From NCBI RefSeq assembly GCF_004010195.1, contig NC_057749.1, forward strand, positions 6,779,416 through 6,843,415: DNA of 64,000 nucleotides, read 5' to 3'. Shown piece after piece: positions 38,571 through 52,224 of the stretch. The position numbers were made by a program, and so were the translations under genes. The DNA comes from Chiloscyllium plagiosum (Eukaryota). The number at the start of each line of letters is the position of its first letter. Position 1 is the stretch's first letter. The notes below the pieces were generated by a model that saw only the letters and a program-made list of their open reading frames with translations, had not been told where the DNA came from and ran no database searches.

Positions 38571-41009
38571 CTAAATGTACTACCTGAAATGATGGTGGAT
38601 GTAGATTCAGTGACAGAATGGGTACTTGAAGTTGAAAACATTTTCCGGGTTACAGTGAAAAGTCTAAGTAGATTGTTTCTTCAAACACTGGGGAGGTGTA
38701 GTGGTAATGCCACTGGACCATCATTCAGACCCCAGGCTGCTATGGTTTGGGTTTGAATCCACCATCATTTAATTCAATGAAAAACAATCTGGAAAAAATA
38801 GTAGTCTAATAAAAACCATGCGACCATGTTGTTAAAACCCCATGTGGTTCCCTGATGGTTACTGTCCTTGTCTGGAACCTACAGGTAGACTCTAAAGATT
38901 GACTCTTAATCATTGTTTGGGCAATTAGCGATGAGTAATAAATGCTGGCCTAGCCAGAGATATCCATCTCCACACCAGCTGAGAATCTCACCTTTTCAAC
39001 CTTGCCAATCGCCTGAGGTCAGGTGACCCTCAGGTTAAACCACCACCGGCCATCTCCCTTGAATGAGAGAGCCCCATGGCCCTCTAGGAGCATGGCTAAT
39101 TCACCTTCCATCCCATAAATAAATTAAAACTAGCACAGACAAGAAGTGCTGAATGGCCTTCATTCTGTATCATTTTCTGATCCCAGTGCATAAATGGTTA
39201 AGAACTAGAACCTTTGGGAGAGTGATAATGACCCCAAAATCTCACGCAAGAGGTCTGTGTTTAAATTCCATCTCAGGAAGTGATGGTGATGGAGGTTTGT
39301 CATAACTGGTCCAAGTGAGTTGATTGACAAAAGCTATGAATTATGCTACATTCATGGAGAAAATGTTTCAGACCATGGGAAATGCGGGGCTATGGGGATG
39401 GGGATGGGGCTGGGTCTTGGTGGCCTGTCTGTCAGAGGGACCGTGCAGACTTAATGGGCTGAAAGGCCTCTATCTGAACTGTCGGAATTCTGGGAAAACA
39501 TCCAGCCGGCGTTGACAACTTGGCTGGATGCAGATAAACAGGAATTGAAAGCCTCGTAGGCAAGGAAGAGGACAGGAGGATTGCTGGTTACTGTCGAGTC
39601 AGTTTTTAATCTCCAATATCTAATTTCCAACATTCTTAAAGATCCACCATTAACAGGGTACTCTTAACAGAGAGAAAATAAATGCGTAACAGGGACAGGA
39701 CAGTCACACCTCAGTCTGTACATACAATAAAGGGATTATCCTGCAGTTGGCACATGGTGACATTGCTACCTCATTCCATCAACACAATAAAGCCACAGTA
39801 TTCTCCAATGCTGCGATTACAGTCCTGTTCACATCTCATTCCATGCACATAATAACAGGGATTACGCAGAGGTATGATTACAATATAGCACAATGGGCCA
39901 GATGTTTCTTGATTTGCATATAAACAGACTTTAGACCTCGAAAATTTGCCTTGTAATAGTTTCTTTTCATATTGCAAAGAATACTGCTCAGTGTGACAGC
40001 GTTATTAACCTCCTAATGGCTGGGACGTTCGGGGAAGTTTCATTTTCTCTCTCAGAACAGGTCTTTCTTTTAATAAAAGTCCCACAATTGGATCTGTGAG
40101 ACGTGAGCAAGAAATAGATTCGAAAACGGCAATGAATGGAAAAAGTGCTCAGCAGTTCTGGCAGCATCTGTGGAGAGAAATCAGAGTTAAAGCTTCAGGG
40201 CCGGTGAATCAATCGAAATAGATGTGTTGCTGAAATATTACCTTTTGAATCTCAAAAACATGAAAACAAATGGGAGGCACGGGAGAGGTGGTGCTGAGGT
40301 TGAGCTGGTTGGTGTCACCAGTGTATATAGACAATGACATGTTTTTGGATGTTGTTCTAGATGTGCTGAGAAGTAGAATGGAGCTAAGTAGAGATTGGAA
40401 CTATATCTGGTAAATGTAACTTTCCCTATCTCTTCTCGACGCCAATGATCCACGAGCCCTCTAAACTCTCCACTTCCTTGTTTACACATATCTTAGCTCC
40501 ACCATTATTATTTATGACCTTCAGCTACCAGGGTTAGGCCTCACCTTGAGCACAATGGGTAGTTCAAGATACCATACAGTGGGAAGCCTGCAATTGCCTT
40601 GACTCCTGTGGTTGAAACTTTATTGCTGGAACAGCACAGCAGGTCAGGCAGCATCCAGGGAACAGGAGATTCGACGTTTCGGGCACAGGCCCTTCTTCAG
40701 GAAACTCCTGTGGTGCAATGGTAATATTTCTACCTCTTCAGCTATTGCTCCCAGGTTCAAGTCCTGCTTGCTCTGGACATGTAAACAGGTTGCTTAGACC
40801 TCTCCAGCCCTGGCTATACTCTTTTCCAGAAGGCATAGAAGTTCGAATACAAATGTGAATAATTTCAAGAACAGCTTCTTCCCCGCTGTTATCAGACGTT
40901 TTAAGCACTTGTCCAAATGCTTTCCTTGGATCCATGTGGCACTCCAGAGGTATTGGTGCGGAAGTGAGAAGAAATGCGATGGTTGATGCAATTGTGGCTA
41001 TTTTTAACC

Positions 41010-41503
41010 AGGGCTCGGAAAAGATATACAAGGATGCTGCCAGGGTTGGAGGGTTTGAGCTATAGGGTGAGACTGAATAGGCTGGAGTTGTTTTCCCTGG
41101 AGCATCAGAGGCTGAGGGGTGACCTTAAAGAGCCTTACAAGATCTTGAGGGGCATGAATAGGGTAAATTGATAAGGTTTTATCCCTGGGGTGGGGGAGTC
41201 CAGCACTGGAGGGCATAGGTTTAGGGCGAGAGGGGAAAGATATAAAAGGGACCTAAGGGGCAACTTGTTCACGCAGAGGATGGTGGGTGTATGGAATGAG
41301 CTGCCAGGGGAAGTGGTGGAGGCTGGTACAATTACAACATTTAAAAGGGATCTGAATGGGTATATGAATAGGAAGGGTTAAAGGGATATGGGCCAAGTGC
41401 TGGCAAAAGGGACAAGTTTAATTTAGGATATCTGGTCAGCGTGGACGAGTTGGACCGAAGGTTCTGTTTCCGTGCTGGACACCTCTATGACTCTATGACT
41501 CTA
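41010..41503 (+). mobile_element. CR1/HER1-like 3' fragment
   Basis: TRMLPGLEGLSY...WNELP and a (ctatgact)n tail. Confidence 0.9.
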
Positions 41504-42029
41504 TTTGAGTGGTTCAATGGTCCTATGAACTAACAGGCTGCTTCACACCTTCCCAACCGATTGTAAAATGTGGAACACATCAGTAGCGGGTGCGAATATG
41601 GTCAGAAGGTCAGAAGGTCACGTGCTGTATTTTAAATGATGGGCCATAACCCCCAGCCCAGTATTGGAGTTCTGATATAAATGTGCCCTGATGGACAGTG
41701 AGATGAACTCGCACTGTTGCTTTGCTAGCACATCCTCTCTGATTAAATGTTGTACTGCAACAACACACAACACACTGAAGTAATGAATTAAGTCAATTGA
41801 TGTGCAACCATAGAAAGTAGAATTATTCAGGGTCTATTCCTCATTCAGTTACCTTAAACTTCAACAATCGCCCTCGAGTCTTCCAGGGAATTAAAATGGA
41901 AACTCCTTGACACTCCTCAGAGTTCTTATAAAAAAAAGTTCTTGGGGCATTAAATGAAAGAATGTTTTGAAAAATGCACAACTTTCATTAGTTATCAAAG
42001 ATAGGGGAAGGATATGCTATTTGACTGAG

Positions 42030-42600
42030 GGTCAGTAGTATTATCACGAGAGTGTTAAGCCAAAGAGAAAGTGAGGTCTGCAGATGCTGGAGAGTCAGAG
42101 TCGAAAAGTGTGGCATTTGATAAAGCACAGCAAGTCCGGCAACATCACAAGAGCAGGACGATCGATGTTTCGGACATAGGCCTTTCAACAGAATGCCCAT
42201 TTCTGATGAAGCGCTTATGCCCAAAATGTTGATTCTCCTGCTCCTCGGATGCTTCCTGACCTGCTGTGCTTTTCCAGCACCACGATTTTCGACTATTAAG
42301 CCAAAGACCACAGGTAATGTTCTCGGGAATTGGGTTCAAATCCCACCATCCATTTTACCAAATTTGAATTCAGTTAAAAAATATGAAATTAGAGAGGTAA
42401 TGGTGACCATTGTGAGGGGGAGGGGGCGTAAAAATCTGGTTTACTAATGTCCTTTTGGAGAGGAAACTGCCATGGTCACATGGCTCACATGTGACTCCAG
42501 ATGCCCAGCAATAATGGCTGACTCTTAATGGTCCTCTTGGCCATTAAGGGCGGGCAATAGGGATGAGTTAGCTAGCAATGCCCATATCCCATTCATGAAT
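42030..42600 (+). mobile_element. SINE family B interrupted by a PLE family-1 hairpin (about 42067-42290)
   Basis: TSD core ttaagccaaaga at 42055-42066 and 42296-42307. Confidence 0.8.
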
Positions 42601-43989
42601 ACAGAAAAGTATTCGATAATGAAGACACTTCAGTTCCCAACCACCATGAGGCCAAACTTTCCATTTCTTGTTCCCCTTCTTGCTACAGGTATTCTTACTC
42701 CTTTGAGTCCATCTTTATTTGTCCCATTGCCACCCTGTTTGCCTGACTCAATCAACCTTTTCATCACCGACTCACTTTGGCTTTCCTGCCATTATTTCCT
42801 GTCCCGGTTTTATCCCCTGTCACTCTTCACTTACTTCCACCCTCAAACCATTCGTCGAAGTTCTCACTCAACAGGTGGGACGGTGGACCAGACCCACAGA
42901 CAGCTGTCTTGAATCATTTGCTTTCATTTCAAAAGCAGCTTGTCCACATACAGTCAGGGAACACTGTGCGGTTGGAATTAAAGATTCTATGAAGTGATGG
43001 ATTTCCTTTCAGAATTGCAAATGGCAGCCCTACCCCGGCTGTTTCTATCCCCACAGGATGTGAGCTACGCTGGTGTTTATTGCCCATTGCTAAACCATCC
43101 CTGAACTGAGGGGCTTGCTCGGCATTCCACAGGGCGGTTAAGAGTCAACCATGTTGCTGTGAGTCTGGAGTCACATGTAAATCAAACCGGATAAGGACAA
43201 CAAATGACTTCCTTCCTTAAAAGGACATCAGTGAACTAGATTGGTTACTTTGAAAAACAATCCAACATAATCATCGAGTGATTCGGCATGGAAACAGACC
43301 ATTCAATCCAACCAGACCATAATCCTAACCTAAACTAGTCTCACCTGCCTGCGCTTGGCCCATATCCCTCCAAGTATTTCTAGTTTTCATGTTTTCCATT
43401 ACTAGGGCTAGCTTTAAATTCTAGACTTCTTTTGGAATTTAGATTCCATCAGCTATGGTGGTATTTGAACAACCCCTTTCCCTTTTCCAGAGCATTAGAG
43501 GATACTTGTTGGATTATCAGATGAGTGGCATTGTATTACACCAAATTGTCCCAATAGGTGCTTATCAAACAGTATCTCTGTTTCTATTGAGCAGATCTAG
43601 AAATTCAGAGCTGAACCCTGAAACTTAATTTTTAAACTAGGAACACAATTTTCCAGGATTTACATGAAAGATAAAGACAGTAGGAAGGTTTTTTGAAGGC
43701 ATTCCCAAGCCACACGAGAGGACCTGTCCAATTCAGCTGAATATGCTGGGAGCATGAAAGCATCTGTTGCAAACTCACCTATTGGCCTCTAGATGGTGCT
43801 GCAATTCCAAATTTCCACAAGTATTTTTCCAAGACCCAACGGTGCATCAGTGATTAACCTCTTAGTAGCCACTACATCTACCTCCCTGCACCAAAATTTA
43901 ACAGCTTATTTTTTTCTTTAAAAGGCTGCCTGTAATATGAATTAAGAAGTAATATAGAACTCACTAATCCTACTTTGCAACTTGTCACT

Positions 43990-44435
43990 GGAGAAAGAAT
44001 GCTACCAAGACTGGAAGGTTTTATAAGAAGCTGGGACTTTCATACCTTGGAGTATCGAAGACTGAGGGGTGATCCTATAAAGGTTTATAAAATCACGAGA
44101 GGTATAGATACGGCGAATAGCTTTTCCCCACCATAAGGGAGTCCAAAACGAGGCTTAGGTTTAATGTGAGAGTGGAAAGATTTTAAAGGGACCTGAGGGG
44201 CAACTTTTTCACACAGAGGGTGGCGTGTATTTGGGATGAGCTGCCTGAGGAAGTGGTAGGGGAGGTACAATGACTACATTTAAAAGATATTTGGACAGGT
44301 GCACAGATAGGAGAGGTTTAGAGGGATATGGGCCAAACACAGGCAAATGGGATTTGTTCAGTTTAGGGAAACCTGGTCAGCATAAACGAGTTGGGCCGAA
44401 GGGTCTGTTTCCTGTAGGGCTCAATGACTCTATCT
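43990..44435 (+). mobile_element. CR1 3' fragment
   Basis: RT C-terminal remnant and tail. Confidence 0.8.
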
Positions 44436-45114
44436 GCAGATTTTTCCAGTTCAGATGGACGATATATAACAGTGAATATGCAAGTGTGCCCACTGAAAGA
44501 TAGTCAGCATTACTTAAAGCATCAAACACTATTGTTCTCAGTATGAGGTGTTCCGAGTTGAATATTTGGCCACGTGCCCAGTTTATGAAGTTTCAAGGCA
44601 CAATTAATCTATCACTAGGAACTGATTGAGGAAGACAACTAGCTGCTCACTTAAACACCCACAATTAAATTCTGAAAAAGCAGCTAGCATTAGCAACTCA
44701 ACACCATATTCTTCACTTCACTCGGCCTTTGTACCACAGCTGTGTGAAATTGCTTCAAAACAAACTCAGCTTCCTTCAGGTATTGAAGTTTTGAATGAGA
44801 TGCTCACATGCTGGGATGAATTCAGTCTCAGCTGACACATCTCCAGTTTTTAAAGTTCACCTCTCTGGGCTTAGCCTGCTTTGAGATTACAGCTATGCCA
44901 CTGTATCTGGTTCTTTGCTGGACTAAAAATAAATTTGTTTGTGGGATATGGGTGACAATAGGATGGGTTGAATTTATAGGCCACCCCCGGCTTCTCAGAC
45001 AATCACTTTCGAGTATGCTATGTGATAAAAGATGTGGCATTTATCTCTAGTTATTTACCATTTTTTGGAGTTTAAATTAACCAGCAACTTAAATTAGCTA
45101 ACTCAACAAAGAAT

Positions 45115-45240
45115 AACCACCTGATGAAGGAGCAGCGCTCCGAAAGCTAGTGCTTCCAAATAAACCTGTTGGACTGTAACCTGGTGTTGTGTGTTTTTAA
45201 ACATTGTCCACCCCAGTCCAACACCGGCATCTCCACATCA
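45115..45240 (+). mobile_element. PLE family-2 solo terminal repeat (126 bp) with 12-bp TSD
   Basis: tcaacaaagaat at 45103-45114 and 45241-45252. Confidence 0.85.
45118..45152 (+). ncRNA. Minimal type I hammerhead ribozyme motif (PLE family 2)
   Basis: CAC-CUGAUGA-A-GGAGC(AGC)GCUCC-GAAA-GCUA-GUG: intact stems I and II, palindromic AGCU stem III. Confidence 0.7.
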
Positions 45241-46904
45241 TCAACAAAGAATGAAACATATGGTCTAAGAGTCCTGGTTTCATTCCAGAGTCTGACTTGC
45301 TCTGTAGCTCGTCAACTGGGATCATAACAAATGAGGGAATCTTATTGTTGGTCGCTGAAAAATAATATTCACACAGGGCTTCAGATTTCCTTTAACAATG
45401 GATCAGAAGATTATTAGACAAAAGAGAATTTTTAAAAAACAGGCTATCCAAACATAGAAAACAGTTTGCAAATTGTAAACCACACAGCACAAACACATTT
45501 CATTCTGATTCCCGACACTATCTGTAACAGATAGAAATTGCAAACCTATCTCACCTCTTTAGGTTTCGGATTCATGTCATTTAACTGATTTCAGACAGTT
45601 TCTTTAGCCTTTCACTGTGGGAGACAATTGGAAGAGTCCTTTCCAAGTCTTCAAACGTCAACTTTTCAGATATGAAACTCGAGAGGCAAACTTCCACGGT
45701 CCTAATAACCTTTCGATATCGAACCAACTTCTCCCGGCTTGGAAGATACACAAAATAATCCCTTCTGTTGAGGTGGAAACCTTCCTGAACTGCTGTGAAA
45801 AATGTCTTCAAGGAGAAATGCTACACATACTTCTAAATTCAACACCGATGCTCTCAGAACTGAGCTAAATAAAGACTGTTTACCCTCGTAAGCATTGAAA
45901 ACAAGGCTAATGGCCTTACATACCTACCTCACTTGTACAATACACAATAATATAAACCTCTTTCCATTACCACCACAGGAGTTTGTTGCCATCTGCTTTC
46001 TGCAAACATTTTGGAATTAATCACTGTTCCAGAAGGATTTTCTGACCTTTTCTTTAAAAACAAAACCTTCAACAGAAGTAGCCAAAACCCACCTGTCTTT
46101 ATTTTAAAATCTATAGTTCTGAAAATAAGCATATTGTGTACACTTTATATCACAACTAGGAGTCAACACTTGATATTGAGTTTCACATTGGTCAGATATG
46201 ATAGGATCCCATGGGTTTTGGACAATCTGGCAGTTTATAACAAGAACATAAGAAAGAAGAGCAGCAGGAGACACTTCACACCCTCCAGCTTGCTCGGCCA
46301 TTGAATACAATCATGGCTGATCTCATCTTGGCCTCAAATCCTTTCCTGCCTGCTCTCCATAATCCTTCAACACATTACTCATTAAAAATCTGTCTATCGC
46401 CTCCTTAGATTTATCACTGATCTGGCACCCACACTCTGGGGTAAGAATTCCACATACAATATACTTTATCCCCCCAGTGTCAGTCCACATTGTCCAAGTC
46501 TATGGAGTTTAGCCTCACTCTTAGCCAAGGTGAGATTTGAAGCTGCGGCCTTTGTGTCACAAGTACACAAATTCTTTGCGACTGCACCCTTCATGGAAAA
46601 CTTTTGGTGTCAATTTACCTCAGGGGTCAGATCTTCCACTGACCTCCTATTGGAAGGATGTTGTGAAACTTGAAGGGGTTTATAGGGTTGTTGCAAGAAT
46701 TGTAGGATTTAAGCCATAGGGAGAGGTTGAATAGGCTGGGGCAGTTTCCATTGAGCATCAGAGGGGTTACCTTATAGAGGATTATAAAGGACATGGATAG
46801 GATAAATAAACAAGATCTTTTCCCTGAGGTGGGGAATTCAAGAACTAGAGGGCATAGGTTTAGGGTGAGAGAGGAATGATTTAAAAGGGACACAAGGGGC
46901 AACT

Positions 46905-47447
46905 TATTTTTTTGGAAAGTTGGAACAATAGAAGCAGCCTGGATGGTTGGAGTCAGGCTCTCACAGAACCACAGATCTGTTTAGCTTTCAGCAGTTGCTG
47001 GGGTTTGGACATTGGCTGTGGAAGCTGTTACATCTCTCTGTCATAGCAGTAAGCTTGAGTTCTCTCTCTCCCTACCAGAAATTCTCTTGGTGTCTTTCCT
47101 CCTGGACTGGGAATTGCCGTGAGACAATCAATTTTACTGATTTTGCCTTTGCCACGGGTGTTTATGGGATGTTACTATTTTGGAATAGTGCTGTTTAGTA
47201 ATTCAAGAATCTATTATTCTGTTAAGTTTTCCAACAGAGTTAAAGTTATACCAATTCTTATTTTTTGCTGGCATTTTAATTGGGGGTAAGAATAAAGTGT
47301 GCTTTGCTTAAAGCCGAGTACTATAGTGTGACCAAATGAATTATATCTGGAGCACAGCACCTTACACTTGCCTTTAAATATGATACAAGTTATGGTCTCG
47401 GCTTGCTCTTTGAAATGTTTGAAAGGGATTTGGTCTGATCCATAACA
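46905..47447 (+). mobile_element. 5'-truncated LTR-like segment following a CR1 fragment (46640-46905)
   Basis: Contains AATAAA. Its 3' end ttatggtct...tccataaca resembles the end of 57732-58359. Confidence 0.55.
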
Positions 47448-48334
47448 CAGGTGAGCTGCAAATCTTTCACCAGGGTTGCCTACGTAGAATACCGGGCATC
47501 ACAAAGAAGAGCCAACATCACCAATGAGGAAGTGCTATCGGAGATTGGTTGGAAACAGCAGGCTGAGAGAAAGGGAGAGGGATGTCCTTTGTCTCCTGGA
47601 CACCACAGGGTGAAGATGGGGAGAGCCACCGACTGGCACGGTATATCATTGGAGGATTTTCAGCAGCAAGACGCCATCAGAGACTGCAATGCATTGAAGC
47701 TGGTGACAGGGTCTTGGCACCCATTGTCCCACGCAAGATCGGAGGAACTCATTCTTAGTGAACGCGTTATTGTTGGAGCTGCCTCAATTAAATTTTCCAC
47801 GTTGAGTTTTCGAATCTGAAAAGGAAAGTGCAGAGCTCATCTTATAAATAAGATTTATATCATCTCTATTCAGGCTGCAAGCCTGGTCGGGGAGAGCGAG
47901 TACGTTCTATGTCGAAAAGACTTTTCCTCTTTATTTACCCTCTCCTTCAGGAGATCTCTGCAGACCAAAAGCAATTTTCATACACTTCCATTCAATCAAC
48001 TTCTGCTAAACACATGTGGAATTAGATTGGAGTCTGGTTGAGTGTAAAGAATAATGCCCATTGACAGCTTGCCTTGTACACTTAGTACCTTCAATGAATT
48101 AGCTGGAATTTTTCTAGACCATGCTTTATCAAGGGAATTGTTCCTGCTCTGACCTTTATTTTAACACTTTACGAGGCTTGGAATCTTATTCAGCTCAAAT
48201 ATCATCCTCGCAACCCAACACAGGATCTGAGGCCTATCTATGTACCACACAGCTCTGTATTATTTCCGTTTGAAAGTCTGGGGCTTGTGTTGAATTCTTT
48301 TTCATACGAAATTTTCGCAGAGATGTACAAACAA

Positions 48335-49340
48335 AATAAACAGGAATGGGAGCCCTTTGAACCTGCTCCACTATTCAGTACGATCACGACTAATCATCCA
48401 ACTCTGTTCCCACTTTCTCCCTTTTCCCTTTATTCCTAAGAATTGTATTTAACTCCTTCTTGAATGCATTCAATGTTTTGGTTTCAACCACGTTCTGTGG
48501 CAGAGAATTCCACAGGCTCACCACTCTCTGGGTGAAGAGGTTAGCACTGCTGCCTCACAGCGCCAGGGACCCGGATTCGATTCCACCCTTGGGCGACTAT
48601 CTGTGTGGAGTTTGCATGTTCTCCCCGTGTCTGCGTGGGTTTCCTCCGAGTGCTCCGGTTTCCTCCCACAATCCAAAGATCAGGTAAATTGGCCATGCTA
48701 AATTGCCCCATAGTGTTCAGGGATGTGTAGGTTAGGTGCATTAGTCAGGGGTAAAATGTAGGGTAGGGGAATGGGTCACTCTTCAGAGGGTCAGGATGGG
48801 CTTGTTGGGCGAAAGGGCCTGTTTTCACACTGGAGGGACTCTCATCTCAGTCTTAAATTGCCCACCTTGTATCCTCAGACTGTGATCCCTGGTTCTGAAC
48901 TCATCGGTCATCAGGAAAATCCTTCCTGCATTTCCTTTGTCTCGTCAATTAGATTCCCTACAGTGTGGAAACAGGTCCTTCGGCTGAACAGAGTCCACAC
49001 TGACCTCTGAAGAGTAACCCATCCAGACCCATTTCCCTCTGATTAATGCACCTAAGACAATGGGCAGTTTAGCATGACCAATTCACCTGGCCTGCACATT
49101 TTTGGACTGTGGGAGGGATCCATGTGGACACAGGGAGAATGTGCAAACCCCACGCAGACAGTGGGCCGAGGCTGGAATCAAACCTGGGTCCCTGGTACTG
49201 TGAGGCAGCATTGCTAACTTCTGAGCCACCGTATCCAGACAGAAGTTCATAGGTCTCTGTGACATCCCACTTCTTCAAAATTCCAGTGAACACGGTCCTA
49301 ACTGATCCAGTCTCTCTTTCATAGGTCAATCTTGCCGTCC
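48335..49340. mobile_element. CR1 fragment (minus) interrupted by two tail-to-tail HE1-like SINEs (48540-48840 plus; 48948-49232 minus)
   Basis: CR1 sequence resumes after each SINE. Confidence 0.75.
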
Positions 49341-49439
49341 CATGAATCAGTCTGATGAATCAGGACAAGGGGGACACATGCTCGGAGTGTGCTAAATTTT
49401 CGACAGTGAAATGTGTTTGTGGTTGATGCAAAAGTTGCC

Positions 49440-50480
49440 GAGGCTCTGTGAATTTGGTCATTCTGGACTGGGACAGGACTTACCCAGGAAGATGGATGCA
49501 GATGTTTGGGATGTTGGCATGATCCAGTGAACGGGCTGTTCCTTGAGCAATCTGTGGGACAACGCCTTGATCTTTGGCATAAATCCCTAGATTTCCAAAA
49601 GGAGGACTTTGCCAGGCCAGGATGTGCAGCAGATGTTCACGGTGCCTGTGATGCGTCTAGTTTTATATCTTTTTGACGCTTCAGTTGTAATTTGGTACAA
49701 CTGACAGTGCTTGTTCGGCCATTTATAGAGACACAGAGTCATACAGCACGGAAACAGACCCTTCGGTCCAACCAGTCCATGCCGACCATAATCCCAAACT
49801 AAACTAGTCCCACCTGCCTGCACTTGGACTCTACCTCTCCAAACATTTCTTCTTCATGGACTTATCCAAATGCCTTTTAAACATTCTAACTGTACCTGCA
49901 TCCACTACTTCCTCTGAAAGTTCATTCCACACACAAACCCCTCTCTGTGTAAAAAAAAGTTGCCTCTCATGTCTTTTATAAAATCTTTCTCCTTTCACTT
50001 TAAAAATATACTCCCTGGTCATGAAATCCCCTACTTGCCAGTCACCTTATCTATACTCCTCATGATTTGATAAACCTCTATAAGGTTACCCCTCAACCTC
50101 CAACAGTCAAAAATGTCCCAGCGTATCAGCCTCTCCTCATAACTCAAACCCTCCATTCCCAACAACAAACTGGTAAATCATTTCTCAACCCTCTCTCGCT
50201 TAAAAACATCCTTCTGAATGAACAATATCATTGTGGGGCTGGAGTCACATGTGAGCCAGATTGATTAAGGATGGCAGATTTCCTTCCATAAAGGATATTA
50301 GTGACTTTTTTATAATGAAAAGTTACTTGTTAGCTGAGCAGGGAAAAAAAAATAACATAGAGGAAGTGTGAGGTGTCTCAAGATCAAAATTGTTGAAGGG
50401 ATTTGAACTTGTGGCTCTGAAGAGTTAACCTGTGTTTGCATTGACTACTCTGATAACATTACCTCTCTGGTAGTGCAGTT
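49440..50480 (-). mobile_element. Second, older copy of the tRNA-headed LINE 5' end, split by a CR1 insertion (49725-50215)
   Basis: Reverse complement reads gttcaaatccc...catgtgactccagccccacaatg [CR1] aaatggccgaacaagcactgtcagttg...aaagtcctcctt...cctgtcccag, collinear with 37540-37965. Confidence 0.7.
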
Positions 50481-51747
50481 AGTAGGTACTTGCGCTTTAT
50501 CACTGGAGGACGACATGACACCACTGATATCATCTGGTCACCAATTATAACCACCTCCTCAAATGTATAACAGGCCTTGAGAAAGAATATCATCAGAATT
50601 CGAGCATCATAATGATAGTCTTTTAATGACAACTCAATTACTGAGGGTTTTCGTTATCCATAGAACAACAGCAGTGTGACTCAGTCGTTCCAAGGCAAGG
50701 ATTGGAAAAGAGCGACAGTGTAAAAGGAGACCAAAAACAAAAGCTGTTGAATTAAAACAAAGATTTGCTGGTGCGGAGGATCTGAAACAAAAATAGAAAT
50801 TGCTGGAGAAACTCAGCAGGTCTGGGAGCATCTGTGGAGACAGAAACAATTGACTTTTCCTGCCCAGGGACCCCCCCCGCACTTTGGAAGAATGCTAGAT
50901 ACATTGTCCATCGCCAATACGTTGGTGGACAGTTGGAAGAGGAAGGCATATCAGTTAACGAAATGATATACTGTTCCGATTCTGACTGTGGTCCTCAAGC
51001 CTCCCTACAGAGAACAGATGACAGTGTGGGTTGTAGAATATGTAATTCAATAGGGAATCATATAGGACACAGAGAATCAAACACAATGCAACATCATTTA
51101 AAAATGCTGCCTAGATGACTACCTTGGGGATTACTCTGCTTGGTAAATACTTCACAGTGTTAGCTGAGCAGGAAAAAAACATACAAAGACAAAATGTGAG
51201 GTGTCTCATCATCAGTTTTATTTGATAAATTGTTTGGTTTTGTATTTTCATCACATTTTATCTGTATCAATAGTCCCGATGGACACATGCACGTTCTCCC
51301 CATTGAGATTTTGAACACTGTGATGTTTCTTTGCATCACCAGCCAAGGCTGGTGCAATTGGACAGACTCACCCTGTCTTCCACACACACAAACTCATAGT
51401 GACCCTGACACACTCATAATCGCTCCCATGCTCTGGCACATTTACTCACTCTCTTGTTGCCACTCACAGTGAGGAGAGTTGCTGTAGTCTTTTTGGAGAG
51501 AGGCAACTAGTGTTGGATTTGATCTGAGGGTCACATGCCTCAGGTGAGGTGGAGGAGTTGGGATTTTCGTGGTAACTTCAGCTGATGCGGGAATTGAACC
51601 CATGCTCACTCTGGACTGCAAACCAGCCAAGCGACCTAATTGAGGGGGAGGTAAAATACCTGCACCAGCTGAAGTCACTGTGAAGATTTCGTCTTCTTAA
51701 CTTATCCCTCACCTGAGGCATGGTGATCCTCAGGTTAAACCACCACC

Positions 51748-51748
<1 letters not shown>

Positions 51749-51778
<30 letters not shown>
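51749..51778. repeat. (AC)15 microsatellite
   Basis: Read directly from the sequence. Confidence 0.9.
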
Positions 51779-51779
<1 letters not shown>

Positions 51780-52224
51780 AGCAGATATCAAGAAGGACTC
51801 AATATTTTCTCTCTCCTTTCACCAGGTAGGTAGCAGCCAAGTCTAATAGTCCAAACTGTTGTCCTGGCTTTAACAAAATATCTCAACATGGAGTTGGAAA
51901 GTTGTGTTCCACATCACCACACCAGACAACCAATTTACCCACACTTGAGTCAAAGGAAAAATTTCTATTTTTAAAGAGGCATGGCTGAGGATTCAAGGAA
52001 TCAAGGGGCTGAGATGCAATCTCTGGCAGAATCTGTGGATGGAAAGCAGAATTAATGTTTGGAGACCAGTGACCTTTCTTTGGAACTTCTGTAGGGTCAC
52101 TGGACACAAAATGTTAACTCTCCACAAGTCCTGCCGGACCTGCTGAGTTTCTCCAGCAATGTTTGTTCCAGCTTCCTCGGTTTTTTTTTGTTTCTTATTT
52201 TAGTGACATAGAATCAGGGACATA

